64,000 nt of DNA from Candidatus Eiseniibacteriota bacterium (GCA_963783375.1 CAWANH010000028.1:366491-430490); one strand, 5' to 3'; counted from the first letter of the stretch, positions 33,433 through 48,080 are shown. Notes: generated from the sequence alone by a model not told the origin. Translations and numbers: made by a program.

Positions 33433-35052
33433 TCAACCGAGCTGCTCGAAGAAGTCGTTCCCCTTGTCGTCCACCAGGATGAACGCGGGGAAGTTCTCGA
33501 CCTCGATCCGGTAGATCGCCTCCATCCCCAGCTCGGGGTACTCCAGGAGGTCCACTTTCCGGATGTTGTCCTGGGCCAGGATCGCGGCGGGGCCGCCGAT
33601 CGAGCCCAGGTAGAACCCGCCGTGCTCCTTGCAGGCGTCGGTGACCTGCTTCGAGCGGTTCCCCTTGGCGATCATGACCATCGAGCCGCCGTGGGACTGG
33701 AAGAGGTCCACGTAGGAGTCCATGCGCCCGGCGGTGGTGGGGCCGAAGGATCCCGAGGGGAGCCCTTCCGGCTTCTTGGCCGGGCCCGCGTAGTAGACCG
33801 GATGGTCCTTCATGTACTGGGGGAGGTCCTCGCCCCGGTCGAGCCGCTCCTTGAGCTTGGCGTGGGCGATGTCCCGCGCCACCACCATCGGCCCGGTCAA
33901 GGAGAGCTGGGTCTTGATCGGGTACTTGGCCAGCTCGGCCAGGATCTCCGGCATGGGACGGTTGAGGTCGATCTTCACCACCCCGTGCTCGTGCTTCCCG
34001 CGGTACGTCTCGGGAATGAACCGGCCGGGGTTTCGCTCCATGGCCTCGATCCAGATGCCGTCGCGGTTGATCCGGGCGCGGACGTTCCGGTGCGCCGAGC
34101 ACGACACCCCCATCCCCACCGGACACGAGGCCCCGTGGCGCGGAAGGCGCACCACCCGGACGTCGAGCGCGAAGTACTTCCCGCCGAACTGGGCCCCGAT
34201 CCCGGTGCCCTGGGCGGCGACGAGGAGCTTCTGCTCCAGCTCCACGTCGCGGAAGGCGCGGCCCTGGTCGTTTCCGGTGGTGGGGAGGCCGTCCAGGTAG
34301 TGGGTGCTGGCAAGCTTCACGGTCTTCAGTGTGCTCTCGGCCGAGGTGCCGCCGATCACGAAGGCCACGTGGTAGGGCGGGCAGGCCGCGGTCCCCAGGG
34401 TCTTCATCTTCTCGACCAGGAACTTCTCGAGGCTCTCCGGGTTCAGGAGCGCCTTGGTTTCCTGGAAGAGGTAGGTCTTGTTGGCCGAGCCGCCGCCCTT
34501 GGCCACGAAGAGGAAGGTGTACTCGTTCCCGTCGGTGGCCAGGATGTCGATCTGGGCGGGGAGGTTGTTGCCGGAGTTCTTCTCCTCGTACATGGTGAGC
34601 GGCACGGTCTGGGAGTAGCGGAGGTTCTCGCGCTCGTAGGTTTGGCGGATGCCCTCGGTCAGGTAGGCTTCGTCCTTCACCCCGGTCCAGACCCGCTGGC
34701 CCTTCTTCCCCATCACGATCGCCGTCCCGGTGTCCTGGCACATGGGAAGGGTGCCGCGGGCGGCGACCTCGGCGTTCTTGAGCATGGCCAGGGCCACCCC
34801 GCGGTCGTTGGGGCTCGCCTCGGGGTCGTCGAGGATGGCCGCCACCTGCTCCAGGTGCGCGGTGCGATGGAGGAACGAGGCGTCGCGCAGGGCCTCGGCG
34901 GCGAGGAGCGTGAGCGCCTCGGGCTCGATCTTGAGGATCTCCTCGCCCTCGAACCGCGCCACCGACACGTGGTCCTTGGTGAGGAGCCGGTACGGAGTCG
35001 TGTCCTTGGCCAGGGGAAAGGGATCCTGATAGGGGATCGCCACGTCGGTCAT
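33433..35052 (-). CDS. fumA: Class I (Fe-S) fumarate hydratase, FumA/FumB type.
   Basis: ATG 35052: [14 protein letters not shown]...[16 protein letters not shown]...[18 protein letters not shown]...[15 protein letters not shown]. 539 aa, both alpha and beta regions of the class I enzyme present. Confidence 0.85.
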   Translation of the reverse strand: MTDVAIPYQDPFPLAKDTTPYRLLTKDHVSVARFEGEEILKIEPEALTLLAAEALRDASFLHRTAHLEQVAAILDDPEASPNDRGVALAMLKNAEVAARGTLPMCQDTGTAIVMGKKGQRVWTGVKDEAYLTEGIRQTYERENLRYSQTVPLTMYEEKNSGNNLPAQIDILATDGNEYTFLFVAKGGGSANKTYLFQETKALLNPESLEKFLVEKMKTLGTAACPPYHVAFVIGGTSAESTLKTVKLASTHYLDGLPTTGNDQGRAFRDVELEQKLLVAAQGTGIGAQFGGKYFALDVRVVRLPRHGASCPVGMGVSCSAHRNVRARINRDGIWIEAMERNPGRFIPETYRGKHEHGVVKIDLNRPMPEILAELAKYPIKTQLSLTGPMVVARDIAHAKLKERLDRGEDLPQYMKDHPVYYAGPAKKPEGLPSGSFGPTTAGRMDSYVDLFQSHGGSMVMIAKGNRSKQVTDACKEHGGFYLGSIGGPAAILAQDNIRKVDLLEYPELGMEAIYRIEVENFPAFILVDDKGNDFFEQLG

Positions 35053-35244
35053 CGCTCGCTCCTTCCGAGGTTCCAAAGGTCCGGACCTACTCGTCATCCG
35101 ATGCCGCCGGCCCCGTAGGGCCGGAGGCGGGCCGGGACCGGATGATTCTTGCACGGACCTATTCCATGATCCACCATTCCCCCGGGGAAGGATCCGCCGA
35201 AGGCCTTCCCGGGCCTTACCTTTTTTGGAAGAGAGGTTTCAGCC

Positions 35245-35811
35245 ATGGCTCAGAAACGTCATACGACCGCGTTCAGCCTCCTGGTCGCCGCCGTCCTGAT
35301 GGGCGTGGTGGGCGCCGACCCGGCCCGCGCCGCGGACCCCCCGGCTGGAGCCGGGGAGGGGTTCGGGGCCCGGGCCGCGTTCGCCATGCTCAGTAATCTG
35401 GCCGGCGACTGGGTGGGGACCGCCGGCGGCGAGGGGGAGGAGGGACAGGCGACCGCCGCGGCGTGGCGCGTCACCTCCGGCGGCCACACCGTCATGGAGA
35501 CCCAGTTTCCGGGGACCGGCCACGAGATGATCTCGATGTACTACCTGGACGGAGAGGATCTGGCCCTCAAGCATTTCTGCGCGGTGGGGAACCAGCCGGA
35601 GATGCGGCTCGATCCCAAAGCCTCATCCTCCCAAAGGCTGGTGTTCACCTTCACCGGCGGCTCCAACCTGGACCCCGCGGTCGACGGCCACATTCACGGC
35701 GGCGTGATCGACCTCGAGGGGCCGGACACCATGCACGCCGCGTGGTCCTTCTACCGGGAGGGCAAGGAGGAGGGGAAGAACGTCTTCACGCTGGCGCGGA
35801 AGAAACCCTGA
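35245..35811 (+). CDS. Secreted hypothetical protein (188 aa), possibly a small beta-barrel / lipocalin-like fold.
   Basis: MAQKRHTTAFSLLVAAVLMGVVGADPARA is a signal peptide. No confident family. Confidence 0.4.
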   Translation: MAQKRHTTAFSLLVAAVLMGVVGADPARAADPPAGAGEGFGARAAFAMLSNLAGDWVGTAGGEGEEGQATAAAWRVTSGGHTVMETQFPGTGHEMISMYYLDGEDLALKHFCAVGNQPEMRLDPKASSSQRLVFTFTGGSNLDPAVDGHIHGGVIDLEGPDTMHAAWSFYREGKEEGKNVFTLARKKP

Positions 35812-35829
35812 AACCTCAGGTCGACCGGG

Positions 35830-36252
35830 CTACTCCACCACCGCGCGAAAGCGCTCCGGGGTCGCGCCCACCCGCTTCGCGGCGTAGTCGTAGAACAGCA
35901 ACCCGGTCCTGGCGAGGGCGACGATCTCGTCGCTGGCGCGGTCGCGCACACGGTAGAACAGCTCCGCGCCGCGCGAGCCGACCTCGCCCGCCGCGACGTC
36001 GATGGAGAGCACCTGGCCGTGGAACGCCTCGCGCCGGTAGCTCACCGCGAGGTCGACCAGGATGATCCCCAGGCCGTCCACGTCCCACTCCTCCATCCCT
36101 CGGGCGTGGAGGAACGCGACCCGCGCCTCGTGAAGCATGGAGACGAGCTTGTCGTGGGCGAGGTGCTTCCCGTAGTTCACGTCGGTGATGCGGACCGCGA
36201 TGTCTTCGGTGTGGAGGGTGCGTTCGGGGTAGTCGATGCGGATGCGTTCCAT
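35830..36252 (-). CDS. Hotdog-fold acyl-CoA thioesterase (4HBT / YbgC-like).
   Basis: ATG 36252: MERIRIDYPERTLHTEDIAVRITDVNYGKHLAHDKLVSMLHEARVAFL...GIILVDLAVSYRREAF. 140 aa. Starts 2 nt after the upstream PLP-enzyme stop. Confidence 0.65.
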   Translation of the reverse strand: MERIRIDYPERTLHTEDIAVRITDVNYGKHLAHDKLVSMLHEARVAFLHARGMEEWDVDGLGIILVDLAVSYRREAFHGQVLSIDVAAGEVGSRGAELFYRVRDRASDEIVALARTGLLFYDYAAKRVGATPERFRAVVE

Positions 36253-36254
36253 CC

Positions 36255-37730
36255 CTACCTCGTCCGGCCGGTGAAGAGCACCGCCGCGCGCTCCCCGTGC
36301 GCGATCTCCCCGCGGCGGGCCAGGTCCACCAGCCCCGCGAACCCCGCCGAGCCGGTGGGGTCCACCGGGATCCCGGTCCCCTCGCGCCCGAGCCGGTTGG
36401 CCTCGGACAGCACCTCCTCGGAGACCACGAGCGGATGGCCGCCGGTCAACAGCATCCCCCACACCACCGTCGCCCAATCATAGGTCTCGTCGTCCAGGAT
36501 TCCGTGGGCGATGCTCCTGGGTTCGCTCTCCCACGGCCACATGAACCCGCTCCGGTGACGCATGGCGTGGTGAAGCTCCTCCTCGACCCACTCCCGCGGG
36601 ACGCGGTCGCGGATGAAGAGCGCGCGGCCCTCGTCGTCGTCGGGCGGAGCGTCGCCGGACCCGTCCCGGCCCCAGCGGGCCAGCACCGCCGCCACCACCC
36701 GGTCGTAGGCGCGCTTCAAGGGCCAGGCTCCCTCGGTCTGCACGGTGTGGACCCGGGGAAGCACATCCAGCGCCCCCAGGGCGCGCGCCTCGAAGAGCCC
36801 CTGGATGCACGCGCTGGCCAGGGCCCCGCCCCCGACCTGGACGAACAGCCGATCGATACCGGCCCCGGCCGCGGCCAGGTCCGAAGCCAGCTCCCAGATG
36901 AGCGTCATCCCGCCCTCGACGGTGAGCCCGTTCTCGTTTCCCTGGACGGTGAAGGGCAGGGCGCCCGCGGCCACCGCCTTCCGGAACCGGTGATAGCACG
37001 GGTCGCCGGGGGTGCGGCCGTCGCGGGGGCACGAAACCAGCGAAGCCCCCAAGGCGCTCAATCGCTCCATCACCGGAACCTCGGCGTCGGGGGGGACGTA
37101 GACCTGGATCGGCCACGCCGCCGCCCGGGCCACCACCGCCGCGGCCAGGGCCGCGTTCCCGCAGCTCGCGATGGCCAGGGGCGGCGCGCCCGCTGATGCG
37201 CCGGCCGGGCCCTCGGCGGAGCGCACGCCGGAGCCGGGCGCCAGCCCCACCCGCCGGGCCACTTCCAGCCAGAGCATGATCCCCATCAAATGCCGGCCCT
37301 TGTGGGAGCCGGAGACGTTCCCCGTCTCGTCCTTCACCCAGAGCGTTCCCAACCCCAGCTCGGCGGCCAGAGCGTCGGCCCGGACCAGCGGCGTGGCCCG
37401 AAAGCCGTGACCGTCCACCTCCGCCACCCGCCGGTCCAGGTCCCGGACCAGGGTGACGAACCCGTCGTCGGTGAGCCCGCGCTCGGTCCCGGTGTGCCAG
37501 GCATGGAAGAGCTTCCGGTAGCGGACGAAGGGGTTGGGCTCGGGGTCGGCGAAGAGCGCCTTGGTGTCGATCGCCGCCCGCAGACGGTCCACGTCGATCG
37601 CCCGCCGGAGCACGTGGTCGACGTCGTCCCCTTCCCGGGCGGCGGGGCAACGGAAGGGATACGGCTCATCGTCGGCGACGACGGCTCCACACCCCTCGCA
37701 ACGCATGGAGGTGACCGGCGGGGCGGTCAT
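36255..37730 (-). CDS. Fold-type II PLP-dependent enzyme (tryptophan-synthase-beta / threonine-synthase-like superfamily) with an N-terminal Cys4 zinc-ribbon.
   Basis: ATG 37730 overlaps the upstream stop (ATGA). [29 protein letters not shown] (zinc ribbon). [21 protein letters not shown] holds the PLP-lysine motif (compare TGSHKINN of TrpB, GSFKDRG of ThrC). Glycine-rich loop [11 protein letters not shown]. 491 aa. Confidence 0.6.
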   Translation of the reverse strand: MTAPPVTSMRCEGCGAVVADDEPYPFRCPAAREGDDVDHVLRRAIDVDRLRAAIDTKALFADPEPNPFVRYRKLFHAWHTGTERGLTDDGFVTLVRDLDRRVAEVDGHGFRATPLVRADALAAELGLGTLWVKDETGNVSGSHKGRHLMGIMLWLEVARRVGLAPGSGVRSAEGPAGASAGAPPLAIASCGNAALAAAVVARAAAWPIQVYVPPDAEVPVMERLSALGASLVSCPRDGRTPGDPCYHRFRKAVAAGALPFTVQGNENGLTVEGGMTLIWELASDLAAAGAGIDRLFVQVGGGALASACIQGLFEARALGALDVLPRVHTVQTEGAWPLKRAYDRVVAAVLARWGRDGSGDAPPDDDEGRALFIRDRVPREWVEEELHHAMRHRSGFMWPWESEPRSIAHGILDDETYDWATVVWGMLLTGGHPLVVSEEVLSEANRLGREGTGIPVDPTGSAGFAGLVDLARRGEIAHGERAAVLFTGRTR

Positions 37731-39226
37731 AGGGAGTTCAGCACCCCCGTCCGCTCGTTGAACTCGTCGATCATCCGGTCCCAGGCGGGAATCAGGTCGC
37801 GAAGGCCCCGCCAGAACCCCTGGTCCCGCCGGGAGGTGAAGTCGGCGATCGAGATCCCCTGCTGCTCCACCCAGGTGAAGTAGCCGAGGTTGAAGATCCG
37901 CTGGCGGTCCTGGTGGGTGAGCTCCAGCAGGTGATCCACCCCCGTCCCCAGCATGTGGCGACCGAAGGTCTCGCCCGCCGCCACCTGATCGAACGAGCCC
38001 CCGAACTCCTGGGCCAGGGTCTTGTCCCGCTCGGTCTCGTACATGGCGGCTCCGTCGGTGGCCACGGTGACGATCACGTCGTCCGGACCCATCCCGTAGT
38101 ACTTCGCGGTCTTGATCGCCGAGAGCACGTTGCAGATCGAGGACACCCCCATGAAGCCGAGCTGCTCGACCAGGCCCGCGGGGACGTCGCGCCGCTGGGC
38201 CAGGTACTCGCGGCCGGCCGGAGTGTTGAACACCACGTTCAGCCCGTCGGTGCTCTCGTCGGAGATCGCGGCCACCAGGTCGGTGTTCATGACGTTGTGG
38301 ATGTAGGGAACGTGCTTGTCCCCGATCCCCTGGATGTTGTGCTCGCCGAACCCGTTCATGAGGAGGGTCGGGCATTCCAACGCCTCGGCGGCCACGATCA
38401 TGGCCCCGAGCCGCTCTTTCAGGTAGTCGCCGGTCCCCAGGGTTCCCGCCGAACCGGTGGCGGAGACGAAGGCCCGGAGCCGGAGCCCCTTTCCCCCGCC
38501 CCCCATCGACTCGAACACCCGCTCCAGCGCCTTCCCGGTGCAGAGGTAGTGGGCCAGGTAGTTACCGAACTCGCTGAACTGGTTGAAGATGATGTTCTCG
38601 GGATCTTGGTCCAGCTCCGCGCACCTGTCGTAGATCTCCTTGACGTTGCTCTCGGTTCCCGGGGTGCGGATGATGTCCGAGGGATCGGCCACCCACTTCT
38701 CCAGCCACCGGAAACGCTCCTGGCTCATGCCCTCGGGGAGAACCGCCACCCCGCGGCAGCCCATGATGCGCGAGATGGCCACCCCGCCGCGGCAGTAGTT
38801 CCCGGTGGAGGGCCAGATCGCCTTGTGCCCGGTGGGATCGAACTGCCCGGTGATGATCCGGGGGGCGAGGCACCCGTAGGCGGCCAGAACCTTGTGGGCG
38901 TGGATCATGGGGAAGCGGTCGCCGCGGGCGACCACGATCTTCGCCTTCACCCCGGTCAACGACTCCGGCAGCACGAAGTGCTCGGGCACCGAGGTCCACT
39001 CGTTCGACCCGCCGGTGTTGTACCAGTGGACGCGGAAGAGGTTCAAGGGGTGGGGGCCGTCGCGGTCCACGCCCGCCACCGCCTCCTTCACCTTGGCCGG
39101 AATCCGCTCCGGCTCGCAGAGCTGAGCGAAGGTGGGAAGGGCGATCTTCGCCTCGCGGAAGCGCTTCACGCTGTTTTCATAGACCGACCGATCGACGACG
39201 TGCTTTTCCAGTCCGAGTTCAGGCAA
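37727..39226 (-). CDS. Fold-type II PLP-dependent enzyme of the cysteine-synthase / CBS-like family with a ~100-aa N-terminal extension.
   Basis: [46 protein letters not shown] parallels the CysK region TSGNTGIxLA...MPxxMSxERxxLLxAxGA. Candidate lysine in [14 protein letters not shown]. 499 aa. Translationally coupled to the next PLP enzyme. Confidence 0.6.
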   Translation of the reverse strand: MPELGLEKHVVDRSVYENSVKRFREAKIALPTFAQLCEPERIPAKVKEAVAGVDRDGPHPLNLFRVHWYNTGGSNEWTSVPEHFVLPESLTGVKAKIVVARGDRFPMIHAHKVLAAYGCLAPRIITGQFDPTGHKAIWPSTGNYCRGGVAISRIMGCRGVAVLPEGMSQERFRWLEKWVADPSDIIRTPGTESNVKEIYDRCAELDQDPENIIFNQFSEFGNYLAHYLCTGKALERVFESMGGGGKGLRLRAFVSATGSAGTLGTGDYLKERLGAMIVAAEALECPTLLMNGFGEHNIQGIGDKHVPYIHNVMNTDLVAAISDESTDGLNVVFNTPAGREYLAQRRDVPAGLVEQLGFMGVSSICNVLSAIKTAKYYGMGPDDVIVTVATDGAAMYETERDKTLAQEFGGSFDQVAAGETFGRHMLGTGVDHLLELTHQDRQRIFNLGYFTWVEQQGISIADFTSRRDQGFWRGLRDLIPAWDRMIDEFNERTGVLNSL

Positions 39227-39319
39227 GTTGCTAACCCCTCTTCATCGAGCCCGTGGGCCCGTCCCTCTGTTCGCTCCCGCGAACCGTGAATGCCGCTCCC
39301 GGCAAATTGACCGATTATT

Positions 39320-40111
39320 CTACAGGTTTTGCGAACCGGCCAGGCGGCCAAAGTAGGCCGGCGGATCCGCGGTGAACGTGAGCCGCTCCCCGGTGAAGGG
39401 GTGGGTGAACGTGATCGATCTCGCGTGAAGGGCCAGCCCGGCCGCCCGCTCCCCGGTCTTCCCGTACTTCCGGTCCCCGACCACCGGGTGGCCCAGACCG
39501 GCCAGGTGCACCCGGATCTGGTGCTTCCGCCCGGTCAGGAGATCGATCTCCAGCAGGCTGACCTTCCCCCGGGCGGCGAGCACCCGGTAGGCGGTCCGGG
39601 AGAGCTTTCCCTTGGCGGGATCGGCGGTGGCGTAGACCACGTGCGCCCGGTTCTCGGCCAGGTAGCCGGTGATCGTCCCCTCGGGCGGATCGGGCCGGCC
39701 GTGTACGACCGCAAGGTACTGCTTCGCCGTCTCCTCCCACCCGTCCTGCAACCGCCGCTTGGCGTCCCCGGTCCGGGCGAACACCAGCACGCCGGAGGTC
39801 TCCCGGTCCAGCCGATGCACGATGAAGACCCGGTTCCGCGATCGGACCGTGCCCCGGCGAACGTAGTCGGTCAGGATCGAGTACGCGGTCCGCGCCTTCT
39901 CCCGTTCGGTGGCGATGGTGAGGAGCCCGGCCGGCTTGGCCACCACCAGGACGTGGTCGTCCTCGAACAGGATCACCAGCCCCTGCCGAAGCGCGAGCGT
40001 CTTCCCCCCCCGCGTTCCGCCGGCCCCCGCCCGGCGCGCCGGTCGGGGCTTGCCCTGCTTCGGCCTCTGCGTCCCCCGACCCTCCGGTCGCGGGCCCCGT
40101 CCGGCAGGCAC
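39320..40111 (-). CDS. RluA-family pseudouridine synthase.
   Basis: LVVAKPAGLLT...VHRLDRETSGVLVFARTGDAKRRL...KQYLAVVHG is the catalytic Asp in the HRLDxxTSG motif. The start codon is uncertain because the N-terminus is Arg/Gly-rich. Confidence 0.75.
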   Translation of the reverse strand: MPAGRGPRPEGRGTQRPKQGKPRPARRAGAGGTRGGKTLALRQGLVILFEDDHVLVVAKPAGLLTIATEREKARTAYSILTDYVRRGTVRSRNRVFIVHRLDRETSGVLVFARTGDAKRRLQDGWEETAKQYLAVVHGRPDPPEGTITGYLAENRAHVVYATADPAKGKLSRTAYRVLAARGKVSLLEIDLLTGRKHQIRVHLAGLGHPVVGDRKYGKTGERAAGLALHARSITFTHPFTGERLTFTADPPAYFGRLAGSQNL

Positions 40112-40117
40112 GGCCGG

Positions 40118-41482
40118 CTACAATCGCTTCAGCCGCTCCCACACCTTGGGAGCCTCGGCCGAGGCCTCGGCGCGGATCGCCTCGGGGTCGGCGGTGAGCA
40201 GTCGCCCATCCCGCACCACCAGGCGCCCCGCCACCAGTACGTGCTCCACGTTCCTCGCTTCGCCCTGACCGCTCGCCGGCGCTTCGAACTCCAACCCGTC
40301 GCGGGCCGCGGCGTCGAACACCGCCGCGTCGGCGGCGACGTCGGCTCCCAGGGGCGCGAAGGGGAGGCCGAAGCGTTCGGCGGCCAGTTCCCCACCGGCC
40401 TCGAGCCGTTCCCGGAGCGTCGCCGGGGGTTCGCCCGCTTCCCCGCCCGGGCCGCCGGCCGCGCCCGCGCCCGCGCCCCCCGGCGCGAACGCCGTCACTT
40501 CCTTCCACATCTCGGCCGGATACCCGTCGGTCCCGAGCGCCACCCGCCCGCTCGCCCCGAGCGCGCCCGGGTAGCCCACCCGGTTCCCGATATTCGACCG
40601 CGGGTTCTGCACCAGCCAGAGCCCCCGGTCCGCGGCCCGGCGCACCAGTTCGGCGTCCAGATGCACCCCATGGGCCAGAATGGAGCCGGGGGGCAACGCG
40701 TCCAGCGCGAGCAACCGCTCCAAGGGCCCGGGATATCCCCGTTCCGCCGCGTCGCGGACGTCGGCCGCGTCCTCGGCGAGGTGGACGTGCATCACCGTGT
40801 CCAGCTCGCGGCAGAGGTTCCCGGCCTCGCGGATCGTCTCGTCCGAAACGGTGAACGAGGCGTGGAGCCCGACCACCCCGCGAACCGTCCTCTTCCGGTT
40901 CCCCCGGATGAAGCGACGGCACTCGGCCAGGCCCCGCCGGGCCTCCTCGCGGCCGCCGTTTCGCTCGGTGGCCCCGTAGCAGAGGACGGCCCGGATTCCC
41001 ATCTCGTCGCAGACGTCGGCGATCACCTCCAGCGAACCCTCGATGAAACCGGGGGATTCGTGGTGGTCGAAGAGGGTGGTGGTTCCGGCCAGAAGCGCCT
41101 CGGCCGCGTAGAGCCGCGCCGAAACCCGCAAGGACGCTTCATCCAGCGCCCGGTCCAGCCGCCACCAGACCCGCTCCAGGATCTGGAGAAAGTTCCCGGG
41201 GGGCGGTTCCGGCGGGGGCATGCCGAAGGGGGCGAGCGCGCTGTAGATGTGGGTGTGGGCGTTCACCCGGCCGGGGACGATCCGCGCGCCCGCGCAGTCC
41301 ACCGGAACCGGGGCGGCAAAGGCGGGACCGCCGACGGGGTCGCTTGCCGGCGGGAGGTCGGTGAACTCCGCGGGACCGGTCGCCGCCGGGCGCGAGCCCG
41401 GGCCGAACCAGAGGACCCGGTCCCCGCCGCTCAAGAGGACGTTCCCGGAGGCGTCGGGGCCGAGCTCGACCGGAGGGTTCAC
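40118..41482 (-). CDS. ssnA: Amidohydrolase-superfamily protein, SsnA / chlorohydrolase / aminohydrolase type.
   Basis: [17 protein letters not shown] is the metal-binding HxH. ...[11 protein letters not shown]...[13 protein letters not shown]...[11 protein letters not shown]...LAHGVHLD...LGTDGY. Located directly downstream of the xdhD-like gene, as ssnA is in the E. coli ygfK-ssnA-ygfM-xdhD cluster. Confidence 0.65.
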   Translation of the reverse strand: MNPPVELGPDASGNVLLSGGDRVLWFGPGSRPAATGPAEFTDLPPASDPVGGPAFAAPVPVDCAGARIVPGRVNAHTHIYSALAPFGMPPPEPPPGNFLQILERVWWRLDRALDEASLRVSARLYAAEALLAGTTTLFDHHESPGFIEGSLEVIADVCDEMGIRAVLCYGATERNGGREEARRGLAECRRFIRGNRKRTVRGVVGLHASFTVSDETIREAGNLCRELDTVMHVHLAEDAADVRDAAERGYPGPLERLLALDALPPGSILAHGVHLDAELVRRAADRGLWLVQNPRSNIGNRVGYPGALGASGRVALGTDGYPAEMWKEVTAFAPGGAGAGAAGGPGGEAGEPPATLRERLEAGGELAAERFGLPFAPLGADVAADAAVFDAAARDGLEFEAPASGQGEARNVEHVLVAGRLVVRDGRLLTADPEAIRAEASAEAPKVWERLKRL

Positions 41483-41504
41483 GCGCGGGCCGCCGGCGAC
41501 GCCG

Positions 41505-44139
<2,635 letters not shown>

Positions 44140-44147
<8 letters not shown>

Positions 44148-45009
44148 TTCCGTTTTTCCTCGCGCCGAGCACCATCCGGCGAACCGCCCGTCCCAGGACG
44201 TGGAGGCGGTAGGCCGCGGTGGAACGTACGTCGTCGATGGGAACCACCTCGCCCATGGCCGCTCGCGCGGCGCCGTCGGCCAGGCTCTCGTCGGGCACCA
44301 TGCCCTCGCAGATCCGCTCGACGGCGGTGAGGCGAACCGGGGTCGCGGCCACGCTCCCCGCCCCGAAGCGGACGAGAGAGAGCCGTCCCCCATGCTCCCG
44401 CGCGCTCATGGCCAGGACCACCTTGCTGATGGACTGGGCTTCGCGGGTCCCGATCTTCCAGAACTGCTGGATCGACCCCGCCGGCGGATCGGGGATCCAG
44501 ATCCAGGCGATCAACTCTCCGGCCCCGAGCGCGGTCTTCCGGTAGCCGGTGTGAAACTTGTCGTAGTGAACCTCCCGCTCCCCCTGGGGACCGGCCAGGG
44601 TCACCGAGGCGTCCAGCGCCAACAGCACCGGAAGCGAGTCCCCGGCGGGGCTCGCGTTGGCCATGTTCCCCCCCAGGGTGGCTCGATTCTGGATCTGCCA
44701 CCCCCCCACCTGGGAGGCGGCTTCGGCCAGGATCGGAAGCGCGTTCCGAAGCCCCTCGTGCCGCTGGATCTCGGTGAAGGTGGTGGCGGCGCCGATCCGC
44801 CAACCCCCGTCGTGGCGGGTGATGCCGCGAAGCTCCGGGATGGACATGAGGTTCAGGATCGGTCCGTAGTTCGCGCGCTCCTCCAGGGTCCGCACCATGA
44901 GATCGGTGCACCCGGCCACCGGTCGGAGACCGGGCTCCCGCCGGAGGGCGTCGATCGCTTCGGCCAAGGACCTGGGGGTGACGGCGGCCGGCGCCGCGGC
45001 CCGGGTCAC
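44140..45009 (-). CDS. Molybdenum hydroxylase FAD-binding subunit (CoxM / XdhB / YgfM-like).
   Basis: GTG 45009 overlapping the upstream TGA (GTGA). TPRSLAEAIDALRREPGLRPVAGCTDLMVRT...RIGAATTFTEIQ...NRATLGGNMANASPAGDSLPVLLALDASV (FAD_binding_5 / CO_deh_flav_C). The first ~220 codons of ORF 44140..45678 are low-complexity antisense and were rejected. Confidence 0.75.
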
Positions 45010-45461
45010 TTCGCCGCCTCCCCTTCGAGGCCCCGGAGGATGGCCTCGTAGCCCGTGCACCGGCAGAGGTTCCCGGCCAGGGCGGTCCGGATCTCCTCGC
45101 GCTCCAGCCGGTCCTTCCCCTGGGCCAGCCGCCACGCGGTCACGATGATCCCGGGGGTGCAGGCGCCGCACTGGGTGCCGCCCTCCCGGATGAACCGGTC
45201 GAGGAACGCCCGCGCCTCGGGGATGGCCGCCACCCCCTCCACGCTCAGGATCTCCTTCCCCTCGCACTGCACCAGCGGCACCAGGCAGGAGAGCACCGGC
45301 TCCCCGTCCATGAGCACGGTGCAGGCCCCGCATTCGCCCTCGCCGCAGCCTTCCTTGGTGCCGGTGAGACCGAGATCCTCCCGGAGCACGTCCAGGAGGC
45401 GGTCCATGGGAGCGCCGTCCACCGAGACCGGTTTGCCGTTCAGCCGGAACGCGACCTTCAT
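45006..45461 (-). CDS. Molybdenum hydroxylase [2Fe-2S] small subunit (CoxS / XdhC-iron-sulfur type).
   Basis: ATG 45461 overlaps the upstream stop (ATGA). MKVAFRLNGKPVSVDGAPMDRLLDVLREDLGLTGTKEGCGEGECGACTVLMDG...QCGACTPGI...CRCTGY. 151 aa. Confidence 0.8.
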   Translation of the reverse strand: MKVAFRLNGKPVSVDGAPMDRLLDVLREDLGLTGTKEGCGEGECGACTVLMDGEPVLSCLVPLVQCEGKEILSVEGVAAIPEARAFLDRFIREGGTQCGACTPGIIVTAWRLAQGKDRLEREEIRTALAGNLCRCTGYEAILRGLEGEAAK

Positions 45462-47730
45462 CGCGTCGCCTCCTTCTCCGCCGCCTCCGCCGCGGTGAGC
45501 CCGGCCTCGCGCCAGGCGTGGAGCCGCTCCGGAGTGGCCGGGATGTCCGGGGCCACGATGCCGGTGGCGTTTTCCACCGCCTGGACGAAGGCGGGGGCGC
45601 CGCCGTCCATGGGAAGCTCCCCCACCCCCTTGGCCCCCGAGGGGCCCCCTTCCCACGGCCGTTCCAGGAGCTCCACATCCATCCGCGGGGTGTCCTTGAT
45701 GGTGGGGATGATGTAGGTGGCGAGGCGGTCGTTCAGGTAGCGGCCGTTCTCGAGCTTCATCTCCTCGAGGTAGGCCCACCCGATGGCCTGGAGGGTGCCG
45801 CCCTCGATCTGCCCGCGGCAGAGCGCGGGATGCACCACCTTCCCCACCTCGGTCACCACCGTGGCGGTCACCGGTCTCACCTCCAGGGTGTCGGGATCCA
45901 CCTCCACCTCGATCACGTCCGCCCCCCAGCCGTAGGTGGCGTAGGCCGTCCCCTGATAGGTCGTCTCGTCGAAGGTCTGCCAGGCCGGGGGCTCGTGGAG
46001 AATCGTGCGCTCCAGGTTCCCGTGGCCGGCGAACACGTCCTTGGCGCGGTCGCGAAAGCTCCCGAGGGCGCCGTCGCCCCCGATCACCCGGCCGCCCTCG
46101 ATCCGCAGCCCCTCGCCGAGCTTGGCCAGCACGTCGTCCCGGAGCCCGGCCACCGCCCGGGCGATGGTTCCCCCCACCACCATGGTGGTCCGCGACGCCA
46201 CCGTGGGCCCGGAGTCGGGCACCTTGCCGGTGTCGGCGTCGGGAAAGACCACGTCGTCGAGTTCGACCCCGGCGGCGTCGGCGGCGATCAGCGGGAGCAC
46301 GGTCATCGCCCCCTGCCCCATGTCGGTCATGGCGGTCAGCACCTCGATCCGCCCGTCGGCGGTGAGCCGCACGGTGACCGGGGAGCGCATGCGGTGCTCC
46401 CCCTGGCCGGTGAACCCGGCCCCGTGGAAGTACAGGCTGAGGCCGATCCCGCGTAGCGGCTCGCCGTCGGTCCGGCGGGCCCGCGCCTCCTCCAGCTCCA
46501 GCCAGCGCCGTCGGAAGCCGGTCTTCGCTTCCACCCCCTCCAGGCACAACCGGCCCGAGGCGTCGTCCTTCAGCACCTGCCCGGTGGCCAGGCTGTCTCC
46601 GGGCCCGAGCACGTTCCGCTCGCGGACGGTGTAGGGATCGATTCCCAGCGCGCGCCCGATCCGGTCCATGTGCCGCTCGGCGGCGAAGATCACCTGGGGG
46701 GCGCCGAAGCCCCGGAAGGCGGCGTTGGGGGCGGTGTTGGTGCGGAGCGCCCTCCCCCGGATACGAACGTGGGGACAGCGGTAGGCGCCGGTGGCGTGGA
46801 GCACCGCGCGCGACAGCACCACCGGCGACAGGGTCCGGTAGGCGCCCCCGTCCAGGTCCACCAGGACGTCCATGGCGTTCAGGCGGCCGTCCTTCATGAC
46901 CCCGGTCTTGATGCGAACCCGGCCGGGATGGCGCTTGGTGGTGGCCACGATGTCCTCGTGGCGATCGTAGACCAGCTTCACCGGGCGCCCGGCGGCCCGG
47001 GCCAGGAGCGCGGCGTGGATGGCGATGAGGCTCGGGTAGTCCTCTTTCCCTCCGAAGCCGCCGCCGATGGCCGCGGGGCGGACGTGGAGCTGGTTCTCGC
47101 CCAGATCGAAGACGTGCAGCAGCGCGTTGTGCACGTAGAACGGGCACTGCATCGATCCGATCATGATCCAGGGCGCCGTCCGGCTCGAACCAGGCCAGCA
47201 TCCCCTGGGGCTCGATGTAGATGTGCTCCTGGTGGCCGGTCCGGTACTCCCCCTCCACGATCGCGTCGGACCCGGCCAGGCCGCGCTCCACGTCGCCGTG
47301 GTTCATGGCCGAGCTCGTTCAGGGGCTCGACCGCTTCGGCCTCCTCCCAGGTGAGGACCGGGGGGAGCGGCTCGTACTCGACTTCGATGGCCTGAAGCGC
47401 GAGGCGGGCGTCCAGGCGGGTGGGCGCGGCGACCAGGGCCACCGCCTCGCCCACGTGGCGGACGACATCCGAGGCCAGGACCGGCCAGGTGTCGTCGAGG
47501 AGCTGGACGCCGTTCGCCCCGGGAAGGTCGCGGGCGGTCACGCAGACCGAGCCTTCCGGCGCCCGGTCGGGGCGCCACTTCAGGCTCTTGATCCGTGCGT
47601 GCGGATGGGGGGAGCGCAGGGTCGCTCCAAAGACCATGCCGGGGACGGTGAGGTCGTCGGTGTACCGGGCGCCGCCGGTGACCTTGGCCAGGCCGTCCGG
47701 CCTTGGGGGGCTTTCGCCGATCTTGATCAT
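45458..47730 (-). CDS. Molybdenum hydroxylase molybdopterin-binding large subunit (xanthine dehydrogenase / CO dehydrogenase family), with two apparent 1-nt frame breaks (about 47310 and about 47170).
   Basis: N-terminal piece MIKIGESPPRPDGLAKVTGGARYTDDLTVPGMVFGATLRSPHPHARIKS (ORF 47161..47730); middle piece NHGDVERGLAGSDAIVEGEYRTGHQEHIYIEPQGMLAWFEPDGAL (start of ORF 45006..47306); remainder IMIGSMQCPFYVHNALLHVFDLGENQLHVRPAAIGGGFGGKEDY... (ORF 45458..47164). The three pieces are collinear with XDH-family large subunits. Confidence 0.75.
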
Positions 47731-48080
47731 TCAGGCACTCCAACCCGCCCATTTCGGTACGGGGGATAAGAATACGGAATCGAGGGGCCGGGACGCCACT
47801 CCCAATGCCGGTGCGCCCCTCCGGAGCCGGAACGGCTCTGACGACGGCGCGGAGGCCGTTTCGAGGTCGCGATGCGCCGCCCGGCCCGCTCCGGGCTACC
47901 GTGGGAAGTCGATCGACAACCGTACCACTTCATCCGCGCCGGTTCAGGAAAATGGGGATATCCACGGGCGCGCAAGACGGGGGCGGGGAGGACCACCGCC
48001 TCGATCGCTGCCGGATCGGCGGTGCGACGGGGCCGCCCGGGTCCGGAGGTAATCCGGAGCCGAAAAAGCCATCGGGAGGG

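Noticed and set aside
33622-35118. 498-aa plus-strand ORF
   Set aside because: Antisense to the class I fumarase gene.
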